Source of the DNA: a candidate division WOR-3 bacterium
Lineage (GTDB): Bacteria; Hydrothermota; 32-111
Length of the DNA stretch: 64,000 bases
NCBI GenBank assembly: GCA_037481815.1
Contig: JBBFKX010000001.1
Coordinates: forward strand, 192,001 to 256,000
Direction of reading: 5' to 3'
Shown one piece after another: positions 10,148 through 17,551 of this stretch. The notes beneath the pieces are model-generated. The model searched no databases. It was not told the origin of the DNA and was given only the letters and a program-made list of their open reading frames with translations. Position numbers and translations under genes: made by a program. How positions within the stretch are numbered: position 1 is the stretch's first letter; the number at the start of each line of letters is the position of its first letter.

Positions 10148-10275
10148 AAAAATGACTCTGTAATCCTTTTTTTCAAAAGCTTAAATCTCATAAATATAAT
10201 ATTTAAATCAAAAATTTTTGCTATTTACAAAAAAATTGATTTGTCATAAAATCATAACATAATAGATTTATGACA
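10140..10275 (+). promoter_or_regulatory. Repeated TGTCATAAA elements (candidate activator or operator sites)
   Basis: TGTCATAAAA at 10140 (within GTCA-N8-TGAC) and at 10242; inverted copy TTTATGACA 10267-10275, just upstream of the sigma-54-like site. Confidence 0.5.
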
Positions 10276-10283
10276 CTTATATT

Positions 10284-10300
10284 TGGCACTTTTCTTGTTA
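10284..10300 (+). promoter_or_regulatory. Putative sigma-54 promoter
   Basis: TGGCAC-TTTTC-TTGT-TA, one mismatch to TGGCAC-N5-TTGC; an NtrC-type activator is encoded in the same operon. Confidence 0.65.
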
Positions 10301-10325
10301 TAAACAATATGGAAAAGGAGGAAAA

Positions 10326-11753
10326 GTGCAAAAGAAGATGAAGGTGTTGATCATCGATGATAACAGAGATCTTGCGAACTCATTGAAGGATGCACTTAAC
10401 AATTATTCTTCTGATTATGAATGTTTGGCTTTTTATGATGGAAATTCAGCGATGAATTATATTACCAACAATCCACCAGATGTTATTTTTACAGATATAA
10501 TTCTTCCCGATCAATCGGGTTTATCAATATTGAAAAGTGTGAAAGAAATGGATAGTGACATTCAGGTGATAGTTATGACAGCATATGCCTCACTTTCAAC
10601 TTCAATTGAAGCTTTGCAGTATGGTGCTTTTGATTATATACCAAAACCCTTACATATAAATCAGGTAATGAATGCTTTGAAGAGTGCAATAAATAAAAGA
10701 AACAGTTTACTTGAAAATAAAAAAATAATTGCTGATCTTATAAATAAAAAGGAAAAAAATCTCGAAAGCGATGAGTCAAGGAAGGTTATAGAAAGGTTGA
10801 TCCTCTTAAAGCAGTTCCAGAAAAAGATTTCTAAAATCAATGATATCCAGGAATTATTTAAAATTTCTTACCTTGAATTCTCAAAGATATTTTTAACTCA
10901 GTTTGTTTATTTCTTTTTGAAGGAGAGTAAAGGTTTTAAGAATATATGTGGGCCCTCTGTTGGAGAATTCAAGATTGGTGATATTGTTGATCCAAAATTG
11001 CCAATCTTTTTTGTTCCAGTTAAAAACAATATAGGATGTATTTTTGCTGGTTCAAAATCGATGACCTCAGTTATGAGTTATGAAAATGATATAATTGGAG
11101 TTGTTTATTTTAAAAGAGAAAATGATTTTGTTGATACGGATCTTGAAATCGCGGAAGTACTTTCGTTTGTGCTTGCAAACAAATTCTCTGAAATAAAATT
11201 GAACAAAAAATTGAAAACCACAAAATATGGACTTATTTATACATTGCTTACATTAACTGGACTTTCGGACAGTAATCAAAAAACCATGATAGAAAGAAGA
11301 GCAAAATACTGTGAAGATTTTGCAAAATTTTTAAAATTTGATGAAGAAAAAGTGGAAAAGATTAAATTCTCTTCAATGCTTTTCAATATCATACAGTCAT
11401 TTGTTAAGGACAAAAAAAATGGTTCCAAAGAGGTTTCAGAAAAATTTAAAAGTGTGATAGATGATATAGAATTTTTGAGAGAACTTGAACCGATAATCGA
11501 ATCGATAGGTGAAAACTACGATGGATCAGGATTCCCTAAAAGATTGAAAGGAGATGATATACCTGTTGAATCGCAGGTTATAAAATTGGTTCATACCTAT
11601 CTTCTTATGGTAGAAAACAAAAACTATAGGGATGGTGTTGGAAAAAGAAACGCTTTTGAAAACCTTGAAAAAATGTCTGAAAAGTATTTCAAAAAGAGTT
11701 TGGTTGAAAAATTTATAACTTTTTTGGAGCAATATGAAAGAACAAATTCTTGA
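10326..11753 (+). CDS. Response regulator REC + GAF-like + degenerate HD-GYP domain
   Basis: REC (IIDD, FTDI, PKP); C-terminal ENYDGSGFPKRLKGDDIP resembles HD-GYP, but the HD and HH metal ligands are absent. Confidence 0.8.
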   Translation: MQKKMKVLIIDDNRDLANSLKDALNNYSSDYECLAFYDGNSAMNYITNNPPDVIFTDIILPDQSGLSILKSVKEMDSDIQVIVMTAYASLSTSIEALQYGAFDYIPKPLHINQVMNALKSAINKRNSLLENKKIIADLINKKEKNLESDESRKVIERLILLKQFQKKISKINDIQELFKISYLEFSKIFLTQFVYFFLKESKGFKNICGPSVGEFKIGDIVDPKLPIFFVPVKNNIGCIFAGSKSMTSVMSYENDIIGVVYFKRENDFVDTDLEIAEVLSFVLANKFSEIKLNKKLKTTKYGLIYTLLTLTGLSDSNQKTMIERRAKYCEDFAKFLKFDEEKVEKIKFSSMLFNIIQSFVKDKKNGSKEVSEKFKSVIDDIEFLRELEPIIESIGENYDGSGFPKRLKGDDIPVESQVIKLVHTYLLMVENKNYRDGVGKRNAFENLEKMSEKYFKKSLVEKFITFLEQYERTNS

Positions 11754-13834
11754 TTATTTAAAGGGATTCCATGAAATATTTAGGGAATACGAGAAAGAGA
11801 GTGAAAATAAAAATTTTGACCTTATAAGGTTTTTTACCAACCTTGTTTCAGAAAAAAAAAATAAAAGTTGATGAAAAACTTGCAAAATTGATTGAGCAGA
11901 ATTTTAAAATCACATATCTTGATGCTGATAAGATTCAAATCACAGAAGGTTTATTATCTTTATTTATTCCGACATATATAAAAAAGAATAGATTTTTACC
12001 TTTTGAGGTTTCCCAGAAAAAGATTAAAATTATCACCGATAATCCTTTTAATCTTGAACTTATAAAAGATATTCAATTCATAACGAATCTTGATGTCGAT
12101 TTCTATATAACAACTACTGAAAGTTTGAACAAAAAGTTTATAGAAATTTTTGGACAGGAAAAATTTTCCTATGAACTTGATGAAAATGTCTTAAATGTTG
12201 ATGAGTATGAAACTCTTGAAGAAGAAGAGGCTTTAGAAGATGATGAACTGAACGCAAAACCTATCGTAAGGCTGATAAACTCAATAATAATAGATGCTAT
12301 CAAGTTGAACGCTTCAGATATTCATTTTGAACCTCAGTCAAACAATCTTGTCGTAAGATATAGAATTGATGGATTTTTACAGGAACATTTAAGGTTACCA
12401 AAAAAAATAGAAAAAAGAGTTATCTCGAGAATTAAAATAATGGCAAAGATGGATATAACGATTACAAGAAAAGCACAGGATGGAAATATACAGATTGTAG
12501 TATCACAAAAAGATATATCTTTAAGAGTGTCAACGATTCCAATAATGGATGGTGAAAAAATAGTTATTAGAATTCTCGATAAAAGCAAAATCAAAGTTTC
12601 TCTTGAACAACTCGGTTTAACAGAAGAAAATATAATGATAATCAGAAAGAATGCCAATAAATCTCAGGGAATAATTCTAGTAACCGGTCCCACCGGAAGT
12701 GGGAAAACAACAACTCTATACTCAATCTTACAGGAACTCGATTATAAACATTTGAACATCACAACAATAGAGGATCCTATCGAATATACGATTAAAGGTA
12801 TAAACCAGACTCAGATAGATCCGAAAAATAATGTAACGTTTTCTTCCGCATTAAGAACTCTATTAAGACAGGATCCGAATGTGATACTACTTGGAGAAAT
12901 TAGAGATACCGAAACAGCACAAACAGCTTTCAAGGGTGCAATAACAGGACACCTTCTGCTTTCAACCCTTCATACGAACAGTGAGGTTTCAACTTTGATA
13001 AGATTGAGGGATCTCGGAGTTGAACCGTATCTGATTTCTGATGCTTTACTTGTTGTTGTTGCACAGAGGATTGTAAGAAAAGTTTGTAAGTTCTGTTCAA
13101 CGAAAGTACATCCTGACGAAAGAGTAAGAAAAATTTTAAAAGTGGATGAAAATTTTGAAATATATCAGGAAAATAAAAATGGATGTGAAAAATGTAATTA
13201 TACTGGATTTTCGGGAATCATTGGTATCTTTGGAGTACTTGAAATAGATCAAAAGTTGAGAGAACTTATAGAAAAAGAATCGAACCTAAACGAGATAGTT
13301 TCATATCTTAAAAAAATAAACTATAAAACAGTATTTGATGATGGACTTGACAAGGTGAAAAATGGTATAACGACTTTCAGTGAAATTGAAAGGGTTCTTG
13401 ATGTTGATCGTTTTATAATTGAAAACAGTGTAATCTTCGAGACAGACTTTAAAGAAGGAAGTGAAAAAAAACGGATCCTTGTTGTTGATGATGTTAAAAC
13501 TATAAGAACTGTAATATGTGCACTCTTTAAATCTGAAGGATTTGAAACATTTGAAGCTGATAATGGTGTCAATGCTCTTGAAATTTTAAAAAACAATAGA
13601 ATAGATCTGGTGATAACGGACCTTTCAATGCCACAGATGGGAGGATTTGAACTGCTTGAAAAGATAAAAAACGATGAAAATTTAAACAGTATTCCGGTTG
13701 TAGTTTTGACTTCAAAATCCGATTCTGAAAATGAGATTGAAGGACTGTCAAAAGGAGCTGATGATTATATCCCCAAACCGATAGATCCTCAAAAGGTATT
13801 GCTAAGGGTAAAAAATATATTAAAAAGGAGTTGA
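11734..13834 (+). CDS. PilB/GspE-family secretion ATPase fused to a C-terminal receiver domain; apparent +1 frameshift at A10 (11852-11861), main frame 11843-13834
   Basis: ASDIHFEP, LRVST, Walker A GPTGSGKTT, TIEDPIEY, Walker B LLGEIRD, GHLLLSTLH, CxxC...CxxC, then REC (VVDD, ITDLSMP, PKP). ATG 11734 has a GGAG SD; its frame stops at 11871 but joins the main ORF if one A is removed. Confidence 0.88.
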
Positions 13835-15099
13835 TGTTGATTGCAAAAACAGTACAAAACATTATTGATATTCTTGAGAAAAATTATCATATTAACATTA
13901 CTCCTTCTTTAAACATCAAAATTCAGGATCTATACAATCTGGGAAAGATTCAAAACGAAGGTGATTTTGAAAAGATACTTTTTGCTCTTTACAATTATCA
14001 GAATATATTTTTTGAAAATGAAGAGATCTACAAATTAACAAAGAATCTTCTTGAAACAATCGATAATGATAATTTGAATATACTCATATTCTCTTCCGAT
14101 ATCGGCAGTTCACTCTTTTCCTTTGTAATTGATTGTGAACTTATCTTGAAAAATCTTAAAAAAAGAAAAAATGTTAACTATTTTGCCGTTTATCCATCAT
14201 TTTTTATCGTTGAAAGAATTAAGAATAACAGAATCGAGTACCAACAACTCATTAAAGCATCAGATGCTCAGTTGAAATATTTTATAGATATGATTGAAAA
14301 TTATATTTTAAGAAACGATATTTTAAACAGAGTTAATTTTGTGGTAGCAAATCCTTTCAACAATTCTTTAAGGAGTGAAAATTTTGATCTTATTATAGTT
14401 AACAATTTTTCAAAAATCTTTTTAAAAGACAAATTACAAAACTTTACGAAAGAAACATACAGGTTACTTAAAAATGGCTCTTATCTTATATGTGATTTTA
14501 AAGAAACCAATATTTTTTCTTCAGGAATTTTTGAGCAGTTAAACTATGAAGGGTATTACTATTTCAAAAAACCAGAGAGTGATGAATTTATAGTATCAGA
14601 TTATACTTTTGAAGATGCCTTGAACTTTTTCAAAGAAAAAAAATACAATGAATCGTTAGGAATATTGCAAGCATTGTTAGGGAAAGAAGAAGGTAATAAT
14701 ATCGAGATTCTGAAGTTGATGCTTCTTATTTACACAAGGTTAAATGACATTTTAAAAATAGAGTTTCTTGAAAAACAACTTGAAATAAATGAGATAAAAG
14801 ACCCAGATTTTGATTTCATCCTTGGTACGTTCTATTTTAATAAACTCAACTATTCGATTTCAAAACTTTATTTTCAGAAAACTCTATCTTCGAACCCGAA
14901 CAATATATATTCATTGTATTATCTTGCCCTGATTGATAAAATGGAAGGTAAGAAAAAATCATCGGTTGAAAATTTTAGAAAAATATTAAAATTTGTTAAG
15001 GAAAACAACTTTTATATTCCCATGATATATACAAAAGATATATCAACAGATATGATAATGTATATCGCTGAAAGTGAAATAGAAGGGGAGGAGAAATGA
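13834..15099 (+). CDS. Degenerate CheR-like methyltransferase with C-terminal TPRs
   Basis: RVNFVVANPF..FDLIIVNN...YRLLKNGSYL resembles the CheR C-terminus; TPR-like helices from about aa 260. Confidence 0.55.
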   Translation: MLIAKTVQNIIDILEKNYHINITPSLNIKIQDLYNLGKIQNEGDFEKILFALYNYQNIFFENEEIYKLTKNLLETIDNDNLNILIFSSDIGSSLFSFVIDCELILKNLKKRKNVNYFAVYPSFFIVERIKNNRIEYQQLIKASDAQLKYFIDMIENYILRNDILNRVNFVVANPFNNSLRSENFDLIIVNNFSKIFLKDKLQNFTKETYRLLKNGSYLICDFKETNIFSSGIFEQLNYEGYYYFKKPESDEFIVSDYTFEDALNFFKEKKYNESLGILQALLGKEEGNNIEILKLMLLIYTRLNDILKIEFLEKQLEINEIKDPDFDFILGTFYFNKLNYSISKLYFQKTLSSNPNNIYSLYYLALIDKMEGKKKSSVENFRKILKFVKENNFYIPMIYTKDISTDMIMYIAESEIEGEEK

Positions 15100-16157
15100 A
15101 ACAGATTCTTGTGTTTCAACTTGATAATCAGGAGATTTTAAAATCAGAAGAACTGAACAGACAGAATATTACTTTTGAAGAAGATTTAAAAAATCTTGAA
15201 ATGATAAAAAATGAAATAAAAATCGATCTTATTTTAACTTCATCAAAAAACCTTGATCTTGAAAATGGTAGGGGGTTCTTGAAAAAATTGTTTAACTGGA
15301 AAATCCCGGTTCTTGTTGTATTAGAAAAAGAAGAGAGTATCGATAAATACAAAGATCTATTTGAAGTGCCTTTTATTGACTTTATCTATGAAAACAATTT
15401 TGAAAACGATTTTGAATTCAAAATGGAAAAAATAATTGGAGTTAAAAATTATATAGTTTCATGTGAAAGTATGTCTTCTCTTCAACATGAGATAGGAAAA
15501 ATTTCAAAATTGTCTGTTGCTGGTGAACTCATATCAAGTATAAGTCATATGATCAATAATCCAGTAACTTCAATCGTTTTGCAACTTGATATGTTAAGGA
15601 TGGATAAAAATTGTCCAAAGGAACTCCATAAAAAAATAGATATGATCGAACAGAATGTCGACAGAATAGTTTCGATAGTATCAACTGTAAGAGAATTAAA
15701 ACTTGGAGTTTCTGAAAAAATGGAACTTGTCAACATTGAAGAGGAAACTGTAAAATTTTTCCCGATAATCAAAGATTATTTTATCAACCACAATGTTGAA
15801 ATTGAATACACATATGATAAAAAGATTCCACCAGTAAAGTTGCCATGTGGGTTTTTAAAATACATTTTTCTTGAGTTGATTCTTCTTTTGTTCCACAGGT
15901 GTGAAAAGGTCAAAGGAAACAGGATCATGGTGAGTTTTAAACTTTTAGAGGATAGCATCTATATCATTTTTAATACAAATTTTAAAACTGGTATAGAGAT
16001 GCTGTTTGAAAATGTAGAAGATGAGAGTAGCAGATCTGATGTTCTTACGATCAATTCGATTAAGTTTGATATAGAAAATGTTTCAGGTAAATTGATTTTT
16101 AAAGATTACGATTCGGGATCTGAGATAAAGGTCATTTTACCGTTACCTGCTATATAG
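15096..16157 (+). CDS. Pseudo-receiver + HisKA + degenerate HATPase protein
   Basis: H-box ISHMINNP is retained; no recognisable N, G1 or G2 boxes in the C-terminal domain. Confidence 0.65.
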   Translation: MKQILVFQLDNQEILKSEELNRQNITFEEDLKNLEMIKNEIKIDLILTSSKNLDLENGRGFLKKLFNWKIPVLVVLEKEESIDKYKDLFEVPFIDFIYENNFENDFEFKMEKIIGVKNYIVSCESMSSLQHEIGKISKLSVAGELISSISHMINNPVTSIVLQLDMLRMDKNCPKELHKKIDMIEQNVDRIVSIVSTVRELKLGVSEKMELVNIEEETVKFFPIIKDYFINHNVEIEYTYDKKIPPVKLPCGFLKYIFLELILLLFHRCEKVKGNRIMVSFKLLEDSIYIIFNTNFKTGIEMLFENVEDESSRSDVLTINSIKFDIENVSGKLIFKDYDSGSEIKVILPLPAI

Positions 16158-16165
16158 GAGGTTTT

Positions 16166-17551
16166 ATGAAAATGAAAAATATACTCATAGTTGACGATGA
16201 TCCTTTTATTCTCCAATCGGTTGGAGAGATGCTTGTAGAAAATAAGTATAATGTTTATACATCATCAAATGGTAAAGAAATGTTTCAGATTTTGGAAAAG
16301 AATTCAGTTGATTTAATACTTCTTGATGTGAAGTTGCCTGATAGAACTGGAATAGAATATCTACCAGAATTGAAACATTTTTTTCCAGATATCCCCATAA
16401 TAATTATTACAGGTAATGCGGATATAAATGATGCCGTGAAAGCGATAAAAATGGGTGCATTTGATTATCTAAAAAAACCCTTTAAAGGAAAGGAATTACT
16501 GGTGAATATAGAAAAAGCTTTGAAATGGAACGAACTGATGATAAAAAATGAAATTTTACAGGAACAGGTTGAAAAGGAGTTCTCATTTCAGGGAATAATT
16601 GGAAAAAGTGATAAGATGAGAGATCTGATAAAAATGCTAAAACAGGTATCCAAGACAGATTCGAATGTTCTGATTACAGGTGAAAGTGGAACAGGTAAAG
16701 AACTCGTTGCAAAAGCGATACATTATTCTGGTAAAAGAAAAAATAGTCCATTTGTCCCAATAAACTGCGCATCTTTACCTGAAACATTGCTTGAAAGTGA
16801 ACTTTTTGGATATGTAAAAGGTGCTTTTACGGGTGCCTACAATAATAAAAACGGACTTTTCAAAGTTGCTGATATGGGAACAATATTCCTTGATGAAATT
16901 GGGGATATGCCTTTAAGTTTGCAGGCAAAAATTTTAAGAGTTATTGAGAGTGGTGAGTTCACTCCACTTGGTTCCACAAATGTGATAAAGACGGATGTAA
17001 GAATAATCTCGGCCACAAATGTTAATTTAAGAGACAGAATCCTTGAAAATAGATTCAGAGAGGATTTGTATTACAGGTTAAACGTAGTAAATATAAATAT
17101 ACCTCCTTTGAGGGATAGGAGAGAAGACATACTGCTGATAGCCGAGCATTTTCTTGAAAAGTACTGCATAAAGATGAACAAAAAGATTAAAGGTTTTTCG
17201 GAAGGTGTAAAAGAGGTCTTTTTAAGATACGATTGGCCGGGAAATGTCAGGGAACTTGAAAATGCGGTTGAGAGCAGTTGTGCTCTTACAACGGGTGATG
17301 TTATAGATGTTAAAAACCTTCCATCACATCTTTTTGGTAATGTCATGCATTCTAACAAAGTTGATTTTATTCCAATCAACAGACCTTTGAAAGAAACGAT
17401 GGATTATTATGAAAGGGAATATCTTGTTCAACTTTTAAAATTTTGCAATGGGAACATAACGAGGGCTTCTCAGATAGCACAGATCGCAAGGCAAAATCTT
17501 CATTCAAAATTAAAACTTTATAACATTAATGTAAAGGATTTTAGAAAATGA
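16166..17551 (+). CDS. Sigma-54-dependent response regulator (NtrC/AtoC family)
   Basis: REC, GESGTGKE, ESELFG, GAFTGA, FLDEIG, WPGNVRELEN, C-terminal HTH. Confidence 0.95.
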   Translation: MKMKNILIVDDDPFILQSVGEMLVENKYNVYTSSNGKEMFQILEKNSVDLILLDVKLPDRTGIEYLPELKHFFPDIPIIIITGNADINDAVKAIKMGAFDYLKKPFKGKELLVNIEKALKWNELMIKNEILQEQVEKEFSFQGIIGKSDKMRDLIKMLKQVSKTDSNVLITGESGTGKELVAKAIHYSGKRKNSPFVPINCASLPETLLESELFGYVKGAFTGAYNNKNGLFKVADMGTIFLDEIGDMPLSLQAKILRVIESGEFTPLGSTNVIKTDVRIISATNVNLRDRILENRFREDLYYRLNVVNINIPPLRDRREDILLIAEHFLEKYCIKMNKKIKGFSEGVKEVFLRYDWPGNVRELENAVESSCALTTGDVIDVKNLPSHLFGNVMHSNKVDFIPINRPLKETMDYYEREYLVQLLKFCNGNITRASQIAQIARQNLHSKLKLYNINVKDFRK

